Shown here: positions 51,720-60,360 of the stretch, piece by piece
Layout: each line of letters opens with the position of its first letter
How positions within the stretch are numbered: position 1 is the stretch's first letter
Source: Chamaesiphon sp.
GTDB lineage: Bacteria; Cyanobacteriota; Cyanobacteriia; Cyanobacteriales; Chamaesiphonaceae
Assembly: GCA_965246715.1 (NCBI GenBank)
Contig: CBDFFH010000043.1
Location: 64,001 to 128,000, forward strand
DNA: 64,000 nt
Direction of reading: 5' to 3'
Program-made: the position numbers and the translations under genes
The notes under the pieces: generated by a model
Databases searched by the model: none
What the model saw: only the letters and a program-made list of their open reading frames with translations
Told to the model about the DNA's origin: nothing

Positions 51720-54700
51720 ATGGCAACTAGAAGTAGCTCTAGGCAGTCGAAATCTCAGCCCACTACTAGCAGCCCGAGCGCAGCTTCCCAACTCAACCCA
51801 TCATCCAACGGCAAGCCGATTGCGACCGCAATTGTCGGCATTGGGGCTTCCGCAGGCGGATTGGAAGCCTTTACCCTACTCTTACGCCACCTGTCGATCG
51901 AGACAGGGATGGCATACGTGCTGATCCAACACCTCGATCCGCAACACAAGAGTTTGTTGACGGAAATTTTGGCGCGCACGACGCAAATGCCGGTGACAGA
52001 GATAACCGATGGCATTGAGATCGAGCCGAATCATATCTATATCATTCCACCCAATACGCAGACGGTCTTCCGAAATGGGCGGCTGAAACTTTCACCACGG
52101 GAAAAGACTAAAGGCATATTTCACCCGATCGATCTATTCTTTCATTCGATCGCTGCCGAGTGCGGGAGCCAAGCAATCGGGGTTGTCTTATCTGGTGGCG
52201 ATGGCGATGGCGCGCTCGGACTATCAGCAATTAAAGCCGCTGGGGGCATCACCTTCGCGCAGGATCTCCCCTCCTCACAATTTGGCGGAATGCCCCATAG
52301 CGCGGCAAATACCGGGCAGGTAGACTTTATTTTACCGCCAGCGGAGATTGCCAAAAAACTCAACCAAATGAGCGCGCACTCCGGCTCGGCAGCGGGCGGA
52401 ACGATCGTGGCAACGGCGAGCCAGCCAGATCCGACAGCAGAGATCGATCTCGATCGACTCTCAGAGCGGCCATTGACACCGAAATTATCCCCAAACACCG
52501 CACTTGCCGACAGCGCCCCAGCACAGCTCGATCCCCTCGATCGAATTTTTGAACTGCTGCAACTTCAGACGGGAGCTAACTTTGCGGGGTACAAACATGC
52601 GACCCTCAATCGGCGGATGCAGCGGCGGATGCACCAACAGCAGATTGGCACGGTGGCAGATTATCTCAATTATTTAGTAGCATATCCGGCCGAAGTCGAG
52701 GCGCTGTATCGAGATTTTCTCATTGATGTCACGAGTTTTTTCCGCGATCCAGTCGCCTTTCAATCCTTGAAGGACAATATTTTGCCGCAGATCGTCCGGC
52801 AACAGCAAGTACCAAAAGCGCCAATTCGGGTGTGGGTGGCGGGATGTGCGACGGGAGAGGAAGTTTATTCGATCGCCATTTGTTTGCTGGAAGTGCTAGC
52901 AGAGCTAAAATTACCAGCGCAGATTCAGATTTTTGCGACCGATCTCAATGAATTGGCGATCGAGACTGCGCGCGCGGGTATTTACTCCAAAGCTAAGGTT
53001 GAGGGTGTCTCAGCCGAAAGATTGCAGCAGTTTTTTATCCCAGTCGCAGGTGGGTATCAGATCGATCGAGCGGTACGTGATTTGTGTGTATTTGCCAAAC
53101 ATAATCTCTGTAGCGATCCACCGTTCTCACGGCTCGATACGATCGTCTGTCGCAATGTACTGATTTATTTTGGAGCCAAACTCCAAAAAAAGGTGATGCA
53201 GACACTGCACTACGGACTCAAGCCGACTGGTTTTCTGATGCTCGGTAGTTCTGAGACTACGGGAAGCTCAGCGGACTTATTTCATGCTGTCGAGTTTGCT
53301 GAGGATACATCCGCAGCAAAACAGTACAAATTTTATACAAAAAAACTGGTGTCGCTCCTGCCCAATCTAGATTTTACGATCGGTGGCGAGATTAGATCCT
53401 ATTCCCCGCTGCAACCACCGATAGCGCCTGACGATCGGACTGCGAACATCGATCTGCAACAGATTACTGACGATATCGTTTGGAAACGCTATGCGCCAGC
53501 AGGGGTCACGATCGATTCCGATCTCCAAATCCTCCAATTTCGGGGCGATACTAGTCCCTATCTGAGTTCTGCTCCAGGCAAGCCGAGTTTTAGTCTGTTG
53601 AAAATGGCGCGGGTCGATCTGCGGGTCGAACTCCGAGCGGCGATCTATCAAGCGAAAAAACTCAATCTGCCAGTTAGTAAGTCGTCACTCAGCGAACTTA
53701 TCAAGTTTGAGGTCATCCCCGTTCGGGTGCCTGGACTGGCCGAGCGATACTTCCTAATTTTATTCGAGCCGTTGGTGGAGGCTCTCCCCACGAGTTTGAC
53801 CGCAGATCTTGACCAAGCAAATGAGGCGGCGGGACTACCGGAGATGACACTCACCCGCAAACGTGCACGCAAAACCCTGGTCGAACGGGAGAATCTCCAG
53901 CTCAAACACAAGCTCGCCCTGACTCAAGAGCATCTGCAAACCATAACTGAGGAGCAAGAAGCGATCGAGCAGGCGGCACGGGCGACGCAGGAGGAAATGC
54001 TCTCGAGTAATGAGGAGTTTCAAAGCACTAATGAAGAACTCGAAACCGCGAAAGAGGAGATCCAGGCAGCCAATGAGGAGTTGAGTACCGTCAATGAGGA
54101 ATTACGCAATCGCAATCTGGAAGCGACCCAAGCTAATAACGATTTGCTGAATATTCTCAGCAGCGTCAGACTGCCGATTTTGATTGTCGATACAGATCTC
54201 CGGATTGGGCGGTTTACGCCAATGGCGGAGCGGATCTTCAACCTCATTCCCACGGATCTCGGTCGCTCGTTCAAAGACATCCGCCACAACCTGAATATTC
54301 CCGATTTGGATCGCTCGATCCTCCAGACGATCGAGACGCTCACCATTTACCAACAGGAGATCCAAGACCGATCGGGAAATTGGTATCAACTTGAGATCCG
54401 CCCCTATCAAACTCACGACAAGATCGTTGCTGGTGCTACTGTCGTCTTGATCGATATCAACGAACTCAAGCAGCGCGCTCAGGAGATTCAAGTCGCCCGC
54501 GATTATGCCAATGCGATCGTCGAAACGGTATGGGAGCCGCAGCTCGTGCTCGATCGCGAGCTGCGGATTGTCACTGTCAATCATGCCTTCTATGAGATGT
54601 TTGAGTTTACGCCACCGCAGGTGGCAGGACAACTACTCGATAAGTTGGAAAACGGACAATGGCAGATCTTGGGATTACGATCGTGGCTGGAGGATCTGTT

Positions 54701-56096
54701 CTCCCATGCTACCCAAGTTGAAGATTTTGAAGTCGAACATACCTTCGAGCGGATCGGGCAGCGGACGCTCCAGCTCAATGCCCGCCAAATTCCGGCGATT
54801 GGCAACGATCGATTAATCTTACTCGCGATCGTTGATATCACTCAGCGCAAGCACATGGATACAGAACGGGCGCAATTATTTACGCTCGAACGCACCGCTA
54901 GATCGACAGCAGATGCCGCAAATCTCGCCAAAGATGTCTTCTTGTCGATCCTCTCCCACGAACTCCGCAGCCCGCTGAGTGCTATGTTAGGCTGGTCGCG
55001 ACTCCTCCGCAGCGGTAAATTAACCCCAGCTCAAGTCGAGCACGGCTTAGAAGTAATCGATCGCAGTGCGAGCATCCAAAATCAACTGATCGAGGATCTG
55101 TTAGATATTTCGAGTATTACCAATGGTAAGCTCCGACTCGATGCCGAACTCATCGACCTAGTACCCGTTATCGAAGCCGCGATCGATACAGTCGCGATCT
55201 CGGCTACAGCCAAAAACATCCAGATCCACACTCAACTCGATCCCTTTCCAGATCGCATCTTGGGCGACTTTGGCCGCCTCCAGCAGGTGATGTGGAATAT
55301 CCTCGGGAATGCGATTAAATTCACCGATCCTGGTGGCAAAGTCACCGTGCGGCTATCGTCAGTCGATCGCCAGCCAACCGATACCACTCGACAGAGTGCC
55401 GGCTACGCGCAAATTCAAGTCATCGATAATGGCAAAGGCATCGATCCGGAATTTTTACCGCATGTATTCGATCGGTTTCTTCAAGCCGACAGTTCCGCCC
55501 AGCGCAATTACGCTGGACTCGGACTCGGACTAACGATCGTCCGCCATATCGTCGAACTCCATGGCGGGACGATCGAAGTAGTCAGTGCAGTCGGCTCGGG
55601 ATCGACATTTACGATTCGGCTCCCGCTCTCTCCTAGAATTGCTGGCGAGTCAGCACCTCCAGCAGCCGACGCGATCGATCTGGGAGCTACTACTCTAGTA
55701 GACGCGTCCACCCTCATCGGGATTCACGTCCTCCTCGTCGATGACGAGGAAGATGTACGGACGCTGATAGCGACGATCCTCGAACAATCTGGTGCGACAG
55801 TCACCCCCGTCGCCGCTGCGCCTGCTGCCCTCCAACTCTTGCAAGCAGCACCCCAAAAATATGCTGTCCTCTTGTCCGATATCGGGATGCCAGGGCAAGA
55901 TGGCTGGTCGTTTATCCGTCAAGTTCGGGCACTCAGTGCCGCCGCCGGGGGACAAATTCCAGCCGCTGCACTGACGGCATATGCCAGTAGTCGAGAGCGC
56001 GCTCTGGCGCTCCAGCTCGGCTTTCAAATCCATATTGCCAAGCCTGTCGAACCCGATCTGTTGGTGGCGATCGTTGCCGATCTGGCGCGGGATTAG
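51720..56096 (+). CDS. CheB/CheR fusion hybrid histidine kinase (CheB, CheR, coiled coil, PAS, HisKA, HATPase, REC)
   Basis: CheB GASAGG and IQHL; CheR VTSFFRD, GCATGEE and CRNVLIYF; kinase LSHELRSPL, NAIKFT and GLGLGL; REC LSDIGMP. Confidence 0.95.
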   Translation: MATRSSSRQSKSQPTTSSPSAASQLNPSSNGKPIATAIVGIGASAGGLEAFTLLLRHLSIETGMAYVLIQHLDPQHKSLLTEILARTTQMPVTEITDGIEIEPNHIYIIPPNTQTVFRNGRLKLSPREKTKGIFHPIDLFFHSIAAECGSQAIGVVLSGGDGDGALGLSAIKAAGGITFAQDLPSSQFGGMPHSAANTGQVDFILPPAEIAKKLNQMSAHSGSAAGGTIVATASQPDPTAEIDLDRLSERPLTPKLSPNTALADSAPAQLDPLDRIFELLQLQTGANFAGYKHATLNRRMQRRMHQQQIGTVADYLNYLVAYPAEVEALYRDFLIDVTSFFRDPVAFQSLKDNILPQIVRQQQVPKAPIRVWVAGCATGEEVYSIAICLLEVLAELKLPAQIQIFATDLNELAIETARAGIYSKAKVEGVSAERLQQFFIPVAGGYQIDRAVRDLCVFAKHNLCSDPPFSRLDTIVCRNVLIYFGAKLQKKVMQTLHYGLKPTGFLMLGSSETTGSSADLFHAVEFAEDTSAAKQYKFYTKKLVSLLPNLDFTIGGEIRSYSPLQPPIAPDDRTANIDLQQITDDIVWKRYAPAGVTIDSDLQILQFRGDTSPYLSSAPGKPSFSLLKMARVDLRVELRAAIYQAKKLNLPVSKSSLSELIKFEVIPVRVPGLAERYFLILFEPLVEALPTSLTADLDQANEAAGLPEMTLTRKRARKTLVERENLQLKHKLALTQEHLQTITEEQEAIEQAARATQEEMLSSNEEFQSTNEELETAKEEIQAANEELSTVNEELRNRNLEATQANNDLLNILSSVRLPILIVDTDLRIGRFTPMAERIFNLIPTDLGRSFKDIRHNLNIPDLDRSILQTIETLTIYQQEIQDRSGNWYQLEIRPYQTHDKIVAGATVVLIDINELKQRAQEIQVARDYANAIVETVWEPQLVLDRELRIVTVNHAFYEMFEFTPPQVAGQLLDKLENGQWQILGLRSWLEDLFSHATQVEDFEVEHTFERIGQRTLQLNARQIPAIGNDRLILLAIVDITQRKHMDTERAQLFTLERTARSTADAANLAKDVFLSILSHELRSPLSAMLGWSRLLRSGKLTPAQVEHGLEVIDRSASIQNQLIEDLLDISSITNGKLRLDAELIDLVPVIEAAIDTVAISATAKNIQIHTQLDPFPDRILGDFGRLQQVMWNILGNAIKFTDPGGKVTVRLSSVDRQPTDTTRQSAGYAQIQVIDNGKGIDPEFLPHVFDRFLQADSSAQRNYAGLGLGLTIVRHIVELHGGTIEVVSAVGSGSTFTIRLPLSPRIAGESAPPAADAIDLGATTLVDASTLIGIHVLLVDDEEDVRTLIATILEQSGATVTPVAAAPAALQLLQAAPQKYAVLLSDIGMPGQDGWSFIRQVRALSAAAGGQIPAAALTAYASSRERALALQLGFQIHIAKPVEPDLLVAIVADLARD

Positions 56097-56209
56097 CAGC
56101 TAGCTATCTCGATCTCGATCGTGGTGGTCATCTGGCTCAAATTCGCGGAATCTTAGCTACTTGTGACAGGATTATCATCCATTCTCGATCGTTATAGCTG
56201 CACCTAATT

Positions 56210-56442
56210 AACATTAGTTTGGAATAAGGAAAAATTGATTTGCTTCGCTCTAGCACCGCCCTGAACTATAAGTTCGGGCTAATAGCTAAAGTTCGTTGAA
56301 ACGAACTGCCAAATTAATTAGTTCGTTTCAACGAACTTTAGCTATTAGCCCCAAATTCATTTGAGGGCGGTGCAGAAACGAAGCTAGGAGTCATCCCTCG
56401 GATGTGCGGAGCCAATATCCTTAACCCTACCGAACTCATATT
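56210..56442. repeat. Degenerate family A element containing a perfect inverted repeat with 32-bp arms
   Basis: Arms at 56276-56307 and 56320-56351, an outer GCACCGCCCT/AGGGCGGTGC pair, and degenerate family A ends. Confidence 0.75.
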
Positions 56443-56902
56443 AAGTATTTCCCCAAGCTGCATTCGCACCCCCTTAAGCGATCGCCGTATACATTTATTT
56501 ACAAATTATTTTTTAGCCTCACAACTATTACAGACAGCTAGCTCTAGTCGATCGGTTGGTCGAAAAACGATCGCGATTTTCAACGATCGATTATTAAAAA
56601 AATCTTAAGAGCGTCAAAGATCGAAGATATCGCTAAATTTAACTCAAGAGATCGAGCTATTGCTGACAAGGTGTTGAGGGTTAACCGTAATTAGAGATGG
56701 ACTACCGATAGGTAGATCGACTCATGCCTAATCGGTTAAATATGCGCATGTTCGCTATTTTTAAGTAATTATTTGAAAAAGTGAGTAGTCAATCGCAATC
56801 TAAAGCGATCGAGTAAAATCTGAGGGAAAGAAACAACTCGCTTTAACCTCGGTGTCCGATTGAGTTCAGGTTTTCATTTGGCTGACCAACTACTCAGTAA
56901 TC

Positions 56903-57349
56903 ATGGGGGCAATAGCAATGATCTCGATTTTTGAAGCAGTATCTCAGCCGTTGCTCGTCCTCGATGGCAATCTCCGCGTCCTCACAGCCAATCGCGCTTT
57001 CTATAGACTGTTTGAAGTTTTGCCGACGGAAATGGAAGGTCAACTCTTCGCCAAATTGCCTAATCGGCAATGGCAGATTCCCGAATTACACGCTCGGATT
57101 GCGGCTCTGCTGCTATATGACACCCAAGTTCGGGATTTTGAAGCGATCGGTATTTTCGCCCGAGGCGGACTCAAGACAATGCTAGTCAATGCTCGACAAA
57201 TTCCTAATTCGAACGACGAGGAAGCTTTGATTAGGGTAGATACCGATCGACTCAGTGACGCAGACTTGCCGCTAGCACTCCACAATGTGGTAAGAAATCC
57301 AACGATCTTGATTCAGATCTCCGAAGTGTCTGGAGTGCAAACTCACTAG
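56903..57349 (+). CDS. Stand-alone PAS-domain protein
   Basis: PLLVLDGNLRVLTANRAFY...QWQIP...DFE...NARQIP parallels the last PAS domain of the upstream CheB/CheR kinase. Confidence 0.75.
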   Translation: MGAIAMISIFEAVSQPLLVLDGNLRVLTANRAFYRLFEVLPTEMEGQLFAKLPNRQWQIPELHARIAALLLYDTQVRDFEAIGIFARGGLKTMLVNARQIPNSNDEEALIRVDTDRLSDADLPLALHNVVRNPTILIQISEVSGVQTH

Positions 57350-57435
57350 CAAGACTGCCTACTCTGCCAGTCACGAGCGTCAATCCAAAATCCAAAATCA
57401 CACCGGATGTCAATTATCACCTGAGCCAACTGAGC

Positions 57436-57891
57436 CTAGGCAGCATTACTGAATAAAAAATGCGTCATCTCCGCACTAATGCCTTCTAGTTCGATCCGGC
57501 TGGATTCTGGCAAACCAAAGCCGATATAACTCAATACTTCTTCCCAAGCCTGAAGTTCCTCCATCGTCCGCACTTGGCGTAATTTATCTACATAAAAATT
57601 GTGCCAAAACAGTGGTGCGATATGGTCGTATTTTTTCCAGCGCTTGCGCCAAGCTCTGACATCGCGATGGTTGGGCAATGCCACGCCGACAATCGGTGGT
57701 AAATCGGCATAACTGACGAATGTACTCATTTTCTTACCGACGACGTGTACCACGTATCGCCAACAGTTGACCTTATAAATGTCATCTGGCGATCGTTTGA
57801 GACACATCGCAACAGCATCTTTGGTGACAAATCTACTTTGGGGATTTGTGATGACTGTGGATTGAGTGGGTGCAGATGGAGCTAGTAACAT
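57436..57891 (-). CDS. Hypothetical protein (Trp-rich)
   Basis: 151-aa ORF (CWRYVVHVVGK..STFVSYADLPP) with a plausible upstream promoter. Confidence 0.65.
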   Translation of the reverse strand: MLLAPSAPTQSTVITNPQSRFVTKDAVAMCLKRSPDDIYKVNCWRYVVHVVGKKMSTFVSYADLPPIVGVALPNHRDVRAWRKRWKKYDHIAPLFWHNFYVDKLRQVRTMEELQAWEEVLSYIGFGLPESSRIELEGISAEMTHFLFSNAA

Positions 57892-58076
57892 GGGAGGACA
57901 CCAAAAAGGATGATGGATTATTGGTGGTAATGCACGGATAAATTATGAATTATGCGGCGCTTGCTCGTTGGGGAAGCAGCTACGAACAGAGATCGAGACA
58001 AGCAATCGCCACAAGACAAAGTGATGAATTACCAGTCCGATCGGCGATCGGATCGGTCAGCTGCGCTCTCACCTAT

Positions 58077-58094
58077 ATTATAGTACATTTTTAC
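58077..58094 (-). promoter_or_regulatory. Candidate -10 box (TATAAT) abutting a LexA-box-like motif
   Basis: Minus-strand TATAAT at 58077-58082. AGTACATTTTTAC at 58082-58094 is one mismatch from the cyanobacterial RGTAC-N3-DGTWC consensus. Confidence 0.4.
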
Positions 58095-58473
58095 CAAAGT
58101 AGGAGGATTGGAGTTAGATTGTACGCTGAATTTAAAGCAGAATTCAAGACACCAGATGTGGCGTAGTGCAAAGATTCTGCCACCAATCGGTTAGCTATTT
58201 TCTACGATGGCGCAGGGTCGGGAGAGGGGAAGATGAGTGGAGAGATTTTAGCTTTTTGGCCGATCGCCCCTGAAATATCTCCACACTCGCAAACAATAGT
58301 TAGCAAATCGGGATGAGAATTGGGAAACATAGAGAAGTACTAGATTTACCGCGTTAACTGTCTGTCAGCTCCTGCTGTTATTGTCGCGAAAACCACCCAC
58401 ACTCCCAAGGGAGGAATTCCGCCTACAGCCTGACGGCAAACCGTTCGATTACCCCCACATTGCAGCGTAAACT

Positions 58474-59403
58474 ATGGCTACTCTCGTTTCTTCACCCATC
58501 CAACGTCTTACTGCGAATATCGCTCAGCAAATTGTCGGAAAGGATCGGGCGATTCAGCTGGTCTTGACGGCTTTGCTCTCAGGGGGACACGTATTATTAG
58601 AAGATGTGCCTGGAGTCGGTAAAACCTTACTAGCCAAATCGCTGGCCAAATCGATCGACGGTAAATTTCAGCGGATCCAATGTACGCCCGATTTACTCCC
58701 TTCCGATATTACGGGGACAAACATCTGGAATCCTGGCAGTCGAGAATTTGAATTTATCCCTGGGCCGATTTTTACGAATATTTTGCTGGCGGATGAGATC
58801 AACCGCGCTACGCCACGCACCCAGTCAGCATTATTAGAAGTCATGGAAGAGCAGCAGGTGACGCTCGATGGACTCTCGCGTCCCGTCCCCACACCATTCT
58901 TTGTCATCGCGACCCAAAACCCGATCGAGTCGCATGGGACATTTGCGCTACCAGAAGCACAGATGGATCGCTTTGCCATCTCTCTGAGTTTGGGTTATCC
59001 CAATGCGGCGGAAGAGTTGCAAATGCTCCAAGGCTTGACGACAGGACTGCCTGTAAATAACTTAGAACCCTGCATCACGCTTGCAGAAGTGCAAGCAATC
59101 CGCCAACAGTGTCAGCAAGTCAAAGTCGAACCGTCAATCCAACAATATATCGTCGATCTCGTCCGCGCGACGCGCAATGACAGCGAAATTAGCCTGGGAG
59201 TGAGTCCGCGTGGGGCTGTAGCTCTCCATAAAGCTACTCAGTCTTGGGCATGGCTTCAAGGGCGTTCTTATGCCCTCCCAGATGATGTTAAGGAGCTTGC
59301 TCTCTATGTCCTGGCGCATCGGATTATGCCGATCGGCGGTCGGCGTGGGACACAAATTATTACTCGATTATTGCAGACGGTGACTGTCGATCGAGTTCGC
59401 TAG
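58474..59403 (+). CDS. MoxR-family AAA+ ATPase
   Basis: LEDVPGVGKT, RIQCTPDLLPSD, LADEINRATPRTQSALLE, ATQNP and LPEAQMDRF. Confidence 0.95.
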   Translation: MATLVSSPIQRLTANIAQQIVGKDRAIQLVLTALLSGGHVLLEDVPGVGKTLLAKSLAKSIDGKFQRIQCTPDLLPSDITGTNIWNPGSREFEFIPGPIFTNILLADEINRATPRTQSALLEVMEEQQVTLDGLSRPVPTPFFVIATQNPIESHGTFALPEAQMDRFAISLSLGYPNAAEELQMLQGLTTGLPVNNLEPCITLAEVQAIRQQCQQVKVEPSIQQYIVDLVRATRNDSEISLGVSPRGAVALHKATQSWAWLQGRSYALPDDVKELALYVLAHRIMPIGGRRGTQIITRLLQTVTVDRVR

Positions 59404-59662
59404 ATTTTGTGGTTTTGGATTCGATCGCTGTCGAAATCATGCTTGAGCCGAATAGCTTCGATCGATCTAATGTTAGACTTCGCGTAGTAGTATTAACCCT
59501 ATGTTCTGGGTAGAAATTGCCCACACAGACGATCCCCGATCGCCTAATAAATTCGATCGATTATACTTGTTTAATACGCGGATATACAAATAGAAATATC
59601 GGCTCAGAGCAATGCCCGACCTAAGTTATAGGATATGCTAGAGCTTTAATTCACCATAAAGT

Positions 59663-59971
59663 TTGATGATTCTGGAAGCTGTTAATCTAAGTGTAATTGC
59701 CGGAACAGAAGACGAGTTCGAGGCGGCTTTTGCCACCGCCACCCCATTAATCTCAGCTATCGATGGCTATCTCTCGCACGAGTTGCACCGCTGCTTGGAA
59801 GTCCCCGGCAAATATCTTTTATTAGTCCGCTGGCGCAATCTCGAAGACCACACGATCGGATTCAGACAATCGCCCCAATTTATCCAGTGGAAACAGTTAC
59901 TCCATCATTTCTACGATCCGTTTCCGACTGTAGAGCATTTTGAGTTGTCGCTGGCACATCATCCAAACTAA
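59663..59971 (+). CDS. Antibiotic biosynthesis monooxygenase (ABM) family protein
   Basis: EFEAAF, GYLSHELHRCLE, YLLLVRW..LEDH..GFR and HHFYDPFP.VEHF. Confidence 0.9.
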   Translation: MMILEAVNLSVIAGTEDEFEAAFATATPLISAIDGYLSHELHRCLEVPGKYLLLVRWRNLEDHTIGFRQSPQFIQWKQLLHHFYDPFPTVEHFELSLAHHPN

Positions 59972-60060
59972 TACCATTTTGGATTTTGGATTGGGGAAAC
60001 ATTGCTGTCTCTGAAGTCGATCGATCTATCTGTCAGGATCGGTTTTTAAATTGGGATAAC

Positions 60061-60242
60061 GGCGTTGCTGAATATGGGTATGATTTTTTGTAGGGGTGCC
60101 CCTGTCTTGTCGTTTTTTTATTCGGGGGGAACCCCCGAATAAAAACGCCGCTTGTGAGTACCCTGAATCGATGCGGGGTAAGCACGAGGCATTACCCCTA
60201 CAAAAATTGTTTGTGCGTTTCATACATTAATTCAGCAACGCC
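60061..60242. mobile_element. 182-bp non-autonomous MITE with IS1-type ends
   Basis: Ends GGCGTTGCTGAAT...ATTCAGCAACGCC. 8-bp TSD GGGATAAC at 60053-60060 and 60243-60250. Confidence 0.9.
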
Positions 60243-60247
60243 GGGAT

Positions 60248-60360
60248 AACGTCAGTTTCTCCTAGCGGAGAGAGTACGCCAACGGGTTAAGGAGATTTGC
60301 TTCGTTTTGTACAGCCAACGATTTCCACTCTCCAGGCAACTCTGATCCCAAACTCAGGCT
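60248..60360. repeat. Family A element interrupted by a 25-bp insertion
   Basis: AACGTCAGTT[25 bp]CGGGTTAAGGAGATTTGCTTCG...ATCCCAAACTCAGGCT. Confidence 0.65.

Noticed and set aside
60026..60223. 65-aa ORF (also 40962-41168, 45561-45850, 34965-35270 and 56402-56608)
   Set aside because: These ORFs derive largely from repeat/MITE sequence or overlap real genes.
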